Below are positions 27,567-41,080 of a stretch of 64,000 bases of DNA, one piece after another. A model generated the notes under the pieces. The model did not search any database and was not told the origin of the DNA. It saw nothing but the letters and a program-made list of their open reading frames with translations. The DNA comes from Marsupella aquatica. Its lineage: Eukaryota > Plantae > Marchantiophyta. The stretch is taken from contig OZ316897.1 in the NCBI GenBank assembly GCA_973895155.1, forward strand, positions 2,743,416 through 2,807,415, written 5' to 3'. Position numbers and translations under genes: made by a program. Positions within the stretch are counted from its first letter, which is position 1. Every line of letters starts with the position of its first letter.

Positions 27567-30500
27567 TCTCAAGCCCTTCTAAAACTCCCGACAGCCATGA
27601 TTTCCTTCCCATTCTTCCGATTTCTAAAATGTGTTTTGAGTCACAGCTTTGTCAACCCTGTAGTTGTTGCTTGTTTCAGGCGATGAGACTACCACTTCAA
27701 TGTACTTATGAACGTATCAAAGCAAAATTCTTTGGTCAGGGTGATTCCAAGCAGTACAGGATTTGGTTTACTCATTCAATTCCTTTCACAACCTCAGATT
27801 CTCGAATCGTTCATGTGTATCTTTACCCCTGTCGTGTAATCCATCGAGTTTCAACTTTATAAGACTAAGTAGTTGTAGATCAGACCATAGTCAGTGCCTG
27901 TGGGTTGAAACGTGGTTGTAAGGGATCATATATTTTGCACAGGGGTGGCCTTTCTTGGGATAATGTCAGGTATTTTCTATCACAAATCATCCCTTGCTTA
28001 GACCCTAAACCATGAGCCGCTCCAATTTTTGTATCAACAAATATGTAGTTCCACATTCACCATATTCACGAAGTGTCAGATGCACATGTTCTGGACTCTT
28101 GTTTCACGTGCAATGTCTGATAAAAATTTGAAGTCCCTATCCAGGTGTTCTGCAACGAGCCTATTCTAACCTCTATTTCGTTGAACTCATTTGATTATGC
28201 TCTCTCAACGCTCGATCTGAGTTCATCTGCTGGCGAGAACAGTGCTTGGCCTCAATTCCTTTAGAACATACTTTCTGACGGGGAAGCCCAGAAATTGCTT
28301 ACATGTGGCTCCCGAAGCCCGATGGGACGACTCTGCCTGCCCTAAAAGCCAAATAACTGTGCATCTTGACGTCAATAAATACAGAGATTTTAATCAGATA
28401 CATTTTAATTTAACTTATTAAAGTAATAAGTATTCACATATCTTGCTACAACCCAAATTTAATATACTACTCATGTTTTCTATTCCCAATTGGACATACA
28501 CCAAACACTGCAGAGCTGCAGCAAGATGGGCAGATGAATTTATATGATGCAATCAAAACTATGCCAACCTACTCCAGTGTTTAGGCTTGAAGTCAGCGAG
28601 ATTCAAAGCAAGAATACATAAATGTGCAATCATCGCTAGAAGGTTAAAAGAGAGATCTGAACCCGGGTATTGACGAAGACCAATCGACCAGTAAGCTTGA
28701 TCGCTGGGACAAAAACAAATTAGTGTCGCGCGTCGGGAAGTTGACTTCAGGACTAGCTATGGATAATTCTGGCTGGGATGATAAGCTTGAGAGATATCCG
28801 TATCTCACGCCAACTAGAACGTATCTCACGCCAACTAGAACATGCATAGTCGTCCTCATAGAACATACCTCAATAAAGTGAACGACTTCTAATGTAGTAC
28901 ACTGACTAAATGTCGGATATATATCTTAAGTACTCAAAGTCCGACACATCCTCATTCACACGACATCAGCATTGCTAGAACCTACCTAGAAATGATTGAC
29001 AAGCACTTAACAACAGCATTTCAAACATGTTGTCCGAGAACACGACCGTGGAAAAACAATGCGCTAAATTTGAACATGCACAAATATAGTCAGCTGCTAG
29101 TTGCCGTTCCATGTGTGACAATCGATTTGCGATTATCACTTCTGGTCACAATTAACGCTGTAAGGTTTTGCTCCGCGTCGTTCATCAGACGGACAGTAAC
29201 ACGCTCTCAAGTGTCGACAAGCATTGCGCACTGTCTATCCAATGGAGCTTTGTAAAGGACAAAAGATTGACGAACAATATCCCGCACTACACATTGATCA
29301 ATCCGACTACGTACGATGTGAAGGTCTGACGATTGAGAGACGCTGGAAAGTGGAAACACACCTCATCAACGCCAAAGAAGCTTTTTCGATGTTTCCTTTG
29401 CTTCATTGACTTGTTGGCGTTCTGCGTTCTGCCGTCTGAGCGATGGCATTGGAGCGAACAGTGCGGGCGAGTGGCCGATAGCGCAAACTACGGCACCGTG
29501 GCGTTGAAGCGTAAACTGCGGGCGAGTGGCCAATTGCGCGCAATGCCGCGGTGAAGAAGAAGTGAAGAACGGGTCGATCGGAGGCCTCTCGTCGGCTGCC
29601 TGTGCAGAAAAGTGTTAAGCATGTATCGATTACAATGGGGAACGAGAGAAGCTGGAAACGCACCTCATCGATGTCGAAGACCCTATTTCGGTGTTTTCTT
29701 TGCTTTATCGACTTGTTTTTTCCCTTGAAACCCGAAGGCTGACCCATCCACTGACCCATCCAACTGAGGATAGACATAACTCCGGATATCTAGCTATTTG
29801 TTTTAATGGAATTTTCTTTTTTAGTATTTATTGTATCTTATTGACTAATAGTAAATGTTGCATGATGACATTAGAATAAAGAAAAATTGGTGGTTGTAAG
29901 AGAATGACAGCAACTGATGGTACATTGGTACAGATCTAATGAGGTTACAATCATACTTATTACAATGAGGATGTTTAGTGTAGCGGCACTCACAGAATTT
30001 TGAATTAAGTTAGTAAATACACTTTATAACCATTGAATGTCAGTATTACTCCTCAGCCCAATGGTTAAAGGAGTAGGTTGGGGAGTGAAGATAGAGCCAG
30101 GGTTTGAAGCTCTTAGAAGACATAGCCCCTCAATGACAGCACGCCAAGGCATTGGGACTAAGGTGAGGGTACTTTACATATTAATTCATATCTACAACTA
30201 TAATAGATAATGCCACCATTTTTTGTACTTAGTCCTGTTATGAAATCCAAGATTGGCGGGAATCAAAACTGGTCGTTAGATATTTTAGAGTATTTTCATA
30301 TTCATTTGATTAGCACTTGCCCTCTCTGGCGAGGCCTCCACGCCCGTGCCTTAATTCTGGACCCCCCTCGCAATATATGTATACGGGCATCAATGCTCAT
30401 GATGCCTCGCCGGCCCTCACAATGCCTCACCCTCCCCTCTGTCCCAATGTGCTCGCCCCTGCTTCTCGCCCACCCCTCTGTCCACGCCCTGCCTCACCCT

Positions 30501-31109
30501 GACGCCCTTGCCCTGACACCCTGCCTCGCCCTCCCTCAGTCCCTATGTGTTTGCCCCTGCCTCTTGGCCCCCAGCCCAACTCCCTATGGGTCGGTCCTCC
30601 TTTTGCCGTGCAACGCACAGGCATAGGGCTCGTACAAGGAAATATTTAAAGGGGGTTTGTTTATATTCAAAAAGTCAGGAATTACAAAGCATGGACTACC
30701 CCAAAAGCAAATTAAATATGAAATAACTATCTATAAAAATAGCATTCATGAGCAGGTCAGGTGGATTCGCCATATAGCAATGCCGGAAAAGCAAACTCCG
30801 GAACATGCATCTCTGTAGGGTAGCCCATCAGGGGGTCATAATATTGTGCGGGTCATACCCAAGACCAGGAGGGAGAGAGGGCTTGACGAGAGCCCCAAGC
30901 TGACCAACCAGGGCCAAGGAGAGACCATACACCCCACCATACACACACTTACAAGTTCTCCCTATCCCTCAATTGACTTCATAACAATGAGCCTTAGTTT
31001 CTCCTGTCCAAGCAAACACCGCTTTGAATATAATGTGCAACATAGTTAACCCTAAACATAATCTGTTTTTGTAGTAGATTAAACTATAAACTGTTGCAAA
31101 GTAAATATC

Positions 31110-31250
31110 TAATTTATGCATCGATCACCAAGTGTGAACACATACCCAATTGTTAATCTCCTCTGGTCTAGATCTTGTCCATAGTCAAAATCTACATAGT
31201 CAATCAATGATATAACATTTTTTGCATTTGCATCACATATAATAAGACCA
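31110..31250 (-). pseudogene. Small decayed copia RNase H fragment
   Basis: LIDYVDFDYGQDLDQRRLTIGYVFTLG resembles [27 protein letters not shown] in the element at 12-18 kb. Confidence 0.6.
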
Positions 31251-33624
31251 TGATCAACAAATGTTATGCCAAAAGTAATTGAAAATGCAAACAAAAGGAA
31301 TCACTTGGGTTGAAAAGAACATGAGGAAAGGGTCCGTGTTGGTTTTGGCAGTGCCAAACAACTTATAGAATGTTTGAATGGATTGTTTCAAGAAGGAACT
31401 ACCCCAAGAAAGGAGAACAAATTTGCTGAAAAGGGGCCAACAAGTACAAGAAGAAAGAGTACCATAGAAACTAGAAGGGAATATTATGTTACATGAGAGG
31501 AGCACATTTTTGAGCCAAATCATGTGACTGGAAACAGGTACATGTAAGTAAACTTTTTTTAGGCAAGAACAGTTGGCTCCTTTTGGCACGACTTTAAGGG
31601 TACTACAGTAAAAATATCTACTGTTCATCTGCTGCACATTGTGGTATTACCACATAAATACAATGCAAATTGATTCCTTACTTGTAGAGTGATTATCTTG
31701 CAATATTCCAAGAGGACAATTCACAAAGTGCATTTTTGTGGTTTGACGTCACAACTCACTTAATATAATAATGCATTGTTTTGGCTCTTTCATATTTGAT
31801 ATTCCCAGTTATGTATGTATATGATAGAGCAAGTGTAACGCAGTCATAACGTATAGTGTATTGTACTGTGCAAAATAGTGCACATTGCATACCAACAGAG
31901 TTTGGTTTATTATTTTCGAAGAATATTGTCTGGAGTGGTGGCAAGAGAAACACTCGCATTCCAGAGAAGGGTATATTTAAAATTTTGGGGTGATTCGGTA
32001 ATATTCCCTACATACTTCAGATTAATTTCCCAATTGAAGAACTCATCTGTTACTACTTATAATGGGAGTTCCACTCCTTTGGGCCCTCAGTTAGTCTTAT
32101 CTGGTGGAAGGTACTTTCACTCCTTTTGTGCCGGCTCTCCGAGTTTTCTGTTCAAGTTTTCCCTCCATGGTCATTCCACTCGTTGGGTCCCTTGGCTGTA
32201 TTCTCGTTTAATACTCATCGCTCAGAAATTTTGCATGGAACCAGTGCACCACTAGCAAGTGACTTCTGGTTATGTTTCCAATTGGAGGGTCCATCGGCTG
32301 GCAAAAATGCACCACTTGGCGTCCATGCAGGAGATCCCTCTTTCTTCTCATCATCGCAACTTTGCATTTCACGTTTTGCATCAAGGTTTTTTTTAATGAA
32401 AGTGGTCAGGGTCAGGTCGACTGGTCGAGTTAGAAGTTGTTCACTTGATCAGTTAATTTTTTAATGAAAGGGGTATCTGCCTTTCAGGACGGATCAGTTA
32501 TTTAAATCTTGAGTCATCGAACAATGTTTGATACTTGGCACACTGACGGAATCTGTGGTAATACGCACTATAACTACCTCCAAGGAACATAACTCATTAT
32601 CAATAGCGTGGCAGTCCGTGGCGCAGCCATTATCCCATTCAGACATTGCCACACAAGGCCATGCACAAGTCTATTAATCATTGTGGTCCCTACATTGACC
32701 AAGTACCCGAATCTGTGATTAGCATCCATGGCGAAAGTCTTAGTACATCTAAGTCTTGTTTTCTTAAAAGTGTTTCGTTTTTGGAACCAACTCCGGATTA
32801 ACTCCGCGAATCCGTCCACTGGTACGGTCAACTTCAACAGATTTGCTGTTGAATGACTTTTTCTCTCTTTAAGGTCAGCGGCACTTCTCTATTCGTTACT
32901 TTGAGAGGAAATACACTTCTCAACCATTACTTCAATGATCTTTGTAGAAAATTTACTGTTCAAAAGATTGTAAATGATTTTCGTATTAGCCTCCAGGACG
33001 TCCTTTTGTCAGATTGGCTCGTCATGTGGCTGCAGTCTATCTCGCTTTCCACGGTTCAGCTCTCTCGCAGACAACAAATTCCACATTCAGTCAGTCTCAC
33101 AGCGAGATGCTGCAGATGTCCCACTTTTCAAAGGTCCCAAAGCCCACCTCTCACACGGTAGGAGAGAAAAATTAATGAACGACTTCCACCAAAGAAATGT
33201 TGAAAATCCTTCTTTTCAATGCCCAATAGAGATCCATAAAGAGGCCACTGGAAAGGGAGGCATGACAAATGTGGAGTCTTCAAGCTCTTGCTTTTATGGA
33301 CCTGGAAACCCTTGGTCCTGAGAACTTTTCACTCAACACAACTTGCTCATTATAATCAGGTGCTCCCGTGAGAATCCTAACCCCGGGTATGAACTTCAGA
33401 GAACTTGACCAATCAATTTCTTTGAATGATCTGCTTGTGCGATTATTGTTTTCAAGTCTGCCAATTGGCGCTTTCCATGAAAACATCGTCCAAACTCTTA
33501 CACATACTGACTACCGGATCAGGTATTCAATATCCTCCAAGCAACATTGCAACAAGCTTGGACTCTACCTGTGGACCAAAACCTAGAATCACCAATAACC
33601 CTTCAAACCAACAAGACCGACTGT

Positions 33625-33793
33625 ACTGAGGATAAAACAGAGGGGTGTCAGATCTGGAAACTGGATTGTAGCACATTTCCTTTGGTGAATCTTACCTGCT
33701 AGGTACAGACTACACTGAGGATAACACAGAGGGGTCTCGGATGTGGAAACTGGATTGTAACCATTTCCTTTGGTAAATCTTACCTGCCAGGTA
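33625..33793. repeat. ~88-bp tandem duplication
   Basis: actgaggata..acagagggg...ggaaactggattgta...tttcctttggt.aatcttacctgc.aggta occurs twice. Confidence 0.75.
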
Positions 33794-35685
33794 TGTCAAG
33801 GTTAGCATTCACATGCATACCATCTGAACATACAAATCTGGAGACGCAGGATACAATCACCCTCACATCAGTCTTATATAAAAAGTCAGGATCCAGGGCT
33901 TGAACCTATCACGTTAGGAACAAACCACCCACTGACTCACCTTGCAGTTAAATAGCTCATAGCCCACAAGAATTGACTTAAACATGTGGACAGGCTACAA
34001 CCACCAATCTTCAACACCCTCTTACCAACCACAAGAATGCATCGGACGTGCATAGCCGTCCACATCAGAGGGATACTGAACACTTGCACATATAACAACA
34101 TAACATCTGAGAACTGGCAAGGGACTCTCACTCAGAATTGTCTTCAAAGCAAAGAACGTGCCCAGATACTTCAGGGAGTCTGCACCCTTGGAATGAATAC
34201 AAATAACATCATCAGTCTAAAAACTGTTCACTAATTCAAGATACGAAACACGAAACAACGTGGCAGACCACTTGCCGCATTAAAAATTCGTCCATTACTG
34301 TCGACCAATATGTGATAAGGGCAAAAGCCTCATCCAACCATCAATTAACAATTTGTGCAGATGACCAGCAGGGACTGGTGACAAATATTATCCAAAATTT
34401 AACAATCTCAGCATTGTCATGGACCAAGAGTAGTGGGCAGGGACTGCAAACTTGAATATCCAAACCACAGTGCTATACCCCCTTGTGGAGACCTTCAGAT
34501 CTGTCATATACATCATCAACAAAGAATTCTAGCTATGATCTACAAAAAGTGACTCAGACAAAGAGCATAACATGGCTCCAACCTAAAAGGTGAATCTCCT
34601 GCCAAGCTTGGCACGGTGTTGGCACAGGACGGGAAGCCTAGCGATATAACCACTTAAATCACTCCCCTTGCAAGCCTTCGTAATCCATGCCTGTACGAGA
34701 CCTTTCAATTTCTCCACTAAAACCATAAAAGGTTATCCTCCTGACTAGGATGATGATTGCAATCAAGCCTGGCAACTGGATCAGGGAAGGTAGATCAATA
34801 ACAAGATTTTGAGACTGGTTCTTGTCGTAAGAAGTATGCCTGACTATATTTACTCCAAAGTCTATTAACTAAGGTCACAAAAAACCTCTTCCTCAATGGA
34901 AAATTTCTGGATGACAGCCTAAATGCAAGGGCACTGGCTTTGTCAGTCGGGATTCAAGGGACTGAACAACTCAATATCTTCATTTGATTGGTAAAGCTAC
35001 CCTGGTAGGCTGCAGACAATCGTACCTTATCCTTCAATGGTCAGCCCATACCATTTACAATTGCAAATCTCACTTCTCACTGAGGCTATTCAGGCACAAG
35101 AGCCAGATACACCGAGCATAACTAATGCACACATCTAGCGCGCATACAAGGAGAACTGTCTACCATACGAGAGAAGGAGTCCCCACTTTTGGCTGTGGAT
35201 AGCCCAACCCTTCTTCTTTCTGTGTGGCTGGCAAAGCCACTTGACACCCTTATTACCCTAGCCATGTGCCCAAAACTCATTACTGTAACACACAATCTCG
35301 CAGCATGATAGACACTCCTAGCATGCCACTTCCTTGTCCAGCTTCCCATGCTTTGGTAAATCAGCTGCTTTTGTGAGCTAGAAGAACTCAAAACATAGTA
35401 GCTAGCAACGATTCAAGCAAAGGCTTTGATTCTAGCTGTGACCCATGGCATAACTGGCAACCTGTAGTAAGCCGCAACCCCACAGAGTGTTTTACAAAGA
35501 CAAGTCTTGGTTTCAAAGAGCAGCTTAACTATTGACAGCAGGAAGTAGTCACTTCGATTTCTCACCTCCTAGCAAGAATAGACAGGACTCACTTCTCACA
35601 GTTCCAAAAGAACTCAAAGATGAGTCTCTCAAAGCATTGACATACAGATATCTTCCTCATGCTTTGAAAAGGCTATACCGATCAT

Positions 35686-38600
35686 TCAGCCAAAACCCCC
35701 ATCAAAGCCGTCACCGCCACCTTGATTATTGCTCCTCTTCCTCTCTCTCCAATTATCGCCCCAAGCTCTAGCCTCTGCAACAGCCCGTTCACGTTCTCGA
35801 GATGGAGCTACTGATCTGTTATCTTTGGGAGTCCTACCTGTGTGCCCAGGACTGTCTCTTTGAGAATCGTATTTTTCCCATTCATCTGAATCCCTTTTTC
35901 TAGCTGTACCTGTATCGGAGCCCCGACTTCCATCGTAGGACCCATTTGTCCTCCCTCTTCCACTCTCCTTTGGTCGAAGGTCAGGTGATGCTGCTGAAAG
36001 ACTAGATGGAGATCGTGGACCCCCTTGCCTCCCACCTCTCTGACGTTCTTCTGTTAAAGGAAGCATAGGGCTGTTACCGTGACGCTCCGAATGACCACTC
36101 AGCTTCTTCTCTTTCTCTTTTTTCTCCCGAGAAGGTGTAGGTGGCGCAAACCTACTACTCCCGACTGGATGGAGACCGGGATCGTAGGTTTGTGACGCTA
36201 GATAACTAAGAGCAGTCACAACGTCGCCGATGAGTGGCCTGGTAGCAGCCTGTTCTTGAAGACACATTGCTGCTACGGCCAGAGCCTGATATAATCCTCG
36301 CATCGGATACCGCCCTTGTAGCATTGGATCTGCCATAGAAGGAAATTTCCGGCGGTCCTTGAAAAGTGGTCGTGCCTACAACCACAGCAACCACTTAGAG
36401 TCATTGAGCTTCATCAAAATCGTTCCCAAATGCTAAACCGTAACTGGACAACATAAATGAAACAGTCAAAAAGTTTGTTGACGCCATGAATTAAACCAAT
36501 CCCTCTTCATAGAAAGAATTCATCACCACAACCTGCTCGCAAAATCGACCCCTTAAAGAGCACGTCGCGTAGATACGAGGGTAAACAGGGACCGTAACCA
36601 AAGCCACGTTATGTCTAACTGCAGCAACTCTAGCAAAGCTGCTGTACAAAGTGAGAGAAAACTGTCTGGGATCAATAAAGGAAAACAATCTACAGACAGA
36701 AGTCCCGATTACTTCCTCATACGACTATCGAGAGAAGAATTTTTCCCAAGTGCCCCCATCTGACGATCGTTAAGATCGTTAGGTGACATCTTCATTCTTG
36801 CAACTGGTGATGCCTAGTATACAAATATAGCTACCAAATCTCAGCCGATATAGAATGTCGCGTCAAATTAAGAGCCTCCAGCAAATGACCCCTTTTCACA
36901 CTTTCAATCTCTCCGGCCCTCGACCAACTTTCAAATCACTTTCAAAGCATGGAATTCATTGGTGCTCAGTGACCATACCCAAGCCACGAGATTGTGCTCG
37001 CCAGCAGCCCTCGCATTGTCTATAGCCTTCCTTCCCGTGATCAGCTCCAACAAGACAACCCCAAAACTGTAAACATCCGACTTCAAAGTCAACTGCCCTG
37101 TCATAGCGTATTCCGGAGCACAGTAACCATAGGTTCCCATCACACGAGTGGAGACGTGAGTTTTATCTCCAACTGGCCCCAGTTTGGCAAGCCCAAAGTC
37201 TGACAACTTCGGGTGGAAATCTTCATCCAGTAGGATGTTGCTAGACTTGAAATCCCTATAAATAACAGGCGGATTGGCTTTGTCGTGCAGATATTCTAGT
37301 CCTCTTGCTGCTCCAGCTGCAATCTTCATTCTCGTGTTCCAATCCAAAGGTTCTTTATCGGGGGGTAAATCTGCATTCAATAACCCACCCAAATCGCACT
37401 GGTCAGTTTTGAGCTGCAATCTCGAAAACCAGTATGACCACCCACGATCTAATAAGCCGAAGGCGGTAAATACATGTACAAATTCAGGGCCATATTGATG
37501 TTGGAATGTATCTGGACCCTCATAAGAGATCGTTACAGCCGCTTGATGTTAACATTTAGAAACCCCTGAGATACAGTATCGATTGCGCAGCAAAATGAAA
37601 CGAAAAAGGCGACACAAAGTCGACTGGAGTACACTTTAAGATGGCTTTAACGTTAGTGGCAGATCTCACCATGCAAGTGATCCTCCAGAGACCCAAGAGG
37701 CATATATTCGTACACTAGCAGTCTCTGGTCCCCGTCAGCGCAGTAACCGATCAAATTCACGAGATTGGGATGGTGAAGGAGGCTCAACATCAACACTTCC
37801 ACCAAAAATTCACGATTTCCCTGAAGCCCATTCCGATCCAGCTGTTTCACAGCCACCACCTGTGGATGATTGCATTTGGAAAGTCAGGAAGGACATCGGA
37901 GTTCCATGGACAAACAATACGAACGCCAGGAAATGCCGACACAGTCTACAACTGTCCATTCTCGGAACCCTCTGACGCCTGGAATGTAAAGAATGAAAAG
38001 TCCCGAGGAATTCCGCAAAGAACTTGCCTGGCCAGTGCTCTCCATACGTCCCATGTATACCCGACCGAAACCTCCTTCGCCCAAGAGACATTCCGGTCTG
38101 AAGTTCTTCGTCGCAGCGGCAAGTTCACGGAAGGTAAATGTTTGTGCTGCAATATGGGTTGCTCCATCATTGTTCGGAGCTATGTTCTTAACATCACCCG
38201 AATTTCCTTTTCTGATCTTAAGATCTGCACCGTAAAAACCACACAACAAGTTAAAGGTGAGGAAGTACCAGAAATCCTACGCGGCACTAGAGTTTGCTAC
38301 CTACAGGCTTGATCCCAGTTCCTCACAACGTCACACTCCAGAGCAGATGGAAGACGACAGATCAGCCAAATCGCAGATCCGAAAGGCGAAGGAATGGTGC
38401 GAAGCGGGGTACAGAGACATCCCCCTGCCAAATAACCAGCTACTGGCAAAAGGGAAGGCAGCATTCAAGAATTAAACATCGCAGAGGGCACTTAAACCAC
38501 ATCAGGTCTTCTCCGGCAACATCGCAGCGCCAGGACACTGTCAATTAGACCACAGGGCCATGCGGCGTATGATGAACGAAGTCCGGCACAGTTGCGACCT

Positions 38601-39186
38601 CGGGAAGCGCTTAACATAAAGGAGAATGTGACGAACTGACTTAAACTCGTCTAGACGGACCATGGACCACAGGATCTGTGACTCCATGGAGTAACTGTCC
38701 CAGGATCCACATCTTGTTACTTTCCCAGTGCAAATCGAGGATAATTGATGACAGGAATGGCAGCAAGATAAATATAACCGAACGCCCCCAGGCTCAGATG
38801 AATGGCGAGAAAATGGACTCGGGAACGAGTCAGTTGCCCACGAAAGCCACGGACTAGATAGATCGCGGAACAATATGCCAAAACTAACGAATCTGAGACA
38901 GCTCGATCGCATGCCACCGGCGGACCTAATTACCATCGACGAACGCGGGGTGACGGCATGAATGAACCAGCTTTTGCTATCCTAAATGGAACAAAGCTTC
39001 GAAATGCTTCTCCTGCACCGTGTTGGGGTACAAGATTGATTGCAACTCACCAGAGTGGGACTGAGACTTGGAAAGACTGTGGTGGTTTGTTGATGGTCCA
39101 ATCGTCTGGCTGTCGCGATTAATGTCGTTGCTCTTGAGCGGCTTCCTATCTTGCTTCTTAGACCCGAAACAAGAGAAACAGCCCAT
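35686..39186 (-). CDS. Receptor-like cytoplasmic kinase subfamily VII (PBS1/PBL27-like), 5 exons, 534 aa
   Basis: Exons 39051-39186, 38028-38224, 37670-37859, 36979-37370 and 35686-36375 join in frame (1605 nt). N-terminal MGCFSCF acylation motif, [61 protein letters not shown], and C-terminal [11 protein letters not shown]. Confidence 0.95.
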
Positions 39187-40559
39187 GTCTGGCTCCTGTG
39201 ATTGCTTACGAAAGGCCAGCGGCCCAGGCCTCATACTTCCAACTTACCTTGCCGCATCTGACTCCGAAGAAGCCACCGTAGGCTTCTTCGCCTCGTCTCC
39301 ACTGTGTCCGGCTCTGCTCCACCACCCTCCTCACTACAACGCACTTCGCCTATCAATCTCTCCACCCTATCAATCACACGATAACTTTGGCCCCCCCCCC
39401 CCCAACCTGGCTGCCAGCCTGCCCGCCTGTTTCCTTGCGTTGCCGTCTCCAACCTCCCTCCTGCCCCCTCTCTCTCCCTCCCCTTCCCCGTACCCTGCTC
39501 TTCCGGACGATCACTAGTGCGATTAGATTCCTTTCTCAGAGTATTTGCACAGTAAGTTCACCGTCTTCCCCCGACAACACCGAGTGCAGGCTTTCCTATC
39601 CTTCCTCGCGTCAATCCATGCCAGATGCTGTGACACCACTGTCTTGGTGGCACCTCGGATCAATGTCCAGAACCTCGAACAGCTCCACAGAAGCGATGAG
39701 ATGTCTCAGACAGGAAGAAGATCAAGGTCGTGGTGGTGGCCGAACCGACGACACAGCGAGCTAGATAGAATAGAAGCTAGAAGTACAGAGCGGAAAGGAA
39801 AGAAAAGCAGCAAGCAGAGGAAGATGCAAGGAAGGAAAGGACGAAGCAAGAGAGCGGGAGTGCAGCCGGACGACGATGACGACGAAGAGTGCAGAGCAGG
39901 AGGTGAGGTGAGGAGAGGTGAAGCAAGGTGAAGCGAGAAGAGCAGACACTGAGCAGAAGGACGACGAGTAGGGCGTTGTTTGCGGGCCCTTGCAGCAAGC
40001 ACTGCTACTCACTACCACTGCGTTGCGAGTCCGCTTCTGCCGCTCTCTGTACTCCTACTCCCTGCTGCTGCTGCTGGTGCTGGTGCTACGTGCTCCGTGA
40101 CCATCGACGGAGCAGGCCGATTGCCTCCCGGTCTGGCACTCATTCATTATTGATTGATTGATTCAGCGGGACGAGTCAGTAAACTTCGCCCGAAAGGCCG
40201 AAACAAAGGTCATCAGGATGAAGCGAGAGGAGAGGAGAGGAGAGTGAGCAGTAGGCACTCATCACCGAGGGAGGGAACGGAGGTCTGCAGAGGAGGCAGC
40301 CGACTCCTCACCGAGTGAGAGCACAGGTACAGTCCTGCACAGTGGAGCAAGGGGACGACGCGAGTCTCTTCATCAATACTACTGTAGTAGTTAGTACAGT
40401 CGTAGTAGTGAGGAACGGAGGCCGGAACGGAAAAGGGCAGACACGCAGGCAGGCAGACAGGCGCAGTGCCCCCCTTGTCCGCCCGGCAATTGACTCAGCC
40501 GGCATCCATTTTTTAATGCAATTCTACCCAGCCCGCCAGCGTGCGTGCAGTAGTAAGTT

Positions 40560-41080
40560 GTCTACCCCGCCAGACCAGTCTAGAGCACCAGACCAGGCAA
40601 GGCTAGGCTGGGCCAGGCCGACCCTACCAACCCGAGAGCAGAGCCCGGACCGAGCCAGAACCCAGACTGAGCCCAGGCTGAGATGGAGCCCGCACTCCCC
40701 TAACCCAGACCGAGCCCAGAGGCAGACAGACCCCAGAACCAGCCCGAGCATGGCCCCAGGCCCAGATGGACACAGAGCCCAGATGGAGACAGAGCCCAAA
40801 CTCAGCCCAGACCCAAACAGAGCTCAGACCCAGCACAAACCCAGACCAAGCCCAGATCGAGCACACCAGACCTCACCCATTCCCAGTAATACTATTGACT
40901 AGAGGGCAGCAGTGGCTGTCAAAAACTCCTCCTGTACAGTAACTGAATGAATGATGTCAAAAACCCCTCCAGCTGCAGTCAATAGTCTACCCGGACCACA
41001 CCAGGCCAGATCACACGAGAAGAGCCCAGACCCAGACCAAGACCCTCCCCAGCCCAGCCACAGTGAGCCACACCCTAGCC
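40560..41080. repeat. Degenerate GC-rich short-period repeat (gagccc/cagacc units)
   Basis: Many agccc / cagac units upstream of the kinase gene. Confidence 0.45.

Noticed and set aside
28799-28840. Short direct repeats as a CRISPR-like array
   Set aside because: A simple two-copy tandem duplication without spacers, in eukaryotic DNA.
29330-29720. ~85-bp degenerate direct repeats as a TRIM
   Set aside because: No TG...CA ends, PBS, PPT or TSD.
31800-35600. Additional gene between SMT1 and the kinase
   Set aside because: Short ORFs without recognisable motifs. More likely UTR, UTR introns or intergenic DNA.
39196-39247. 52-nt 5'UTR intron just upstream of the kinase ATG
   Set aside because: GT-AG signals are present but the intron is very short and there is no transcript evidence.
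39230-40900. ORFs of 125-195 aa upstream of the kinase
   Set aside because: Low-complexity products of a GC-rich UTR/promoter and short repeats.
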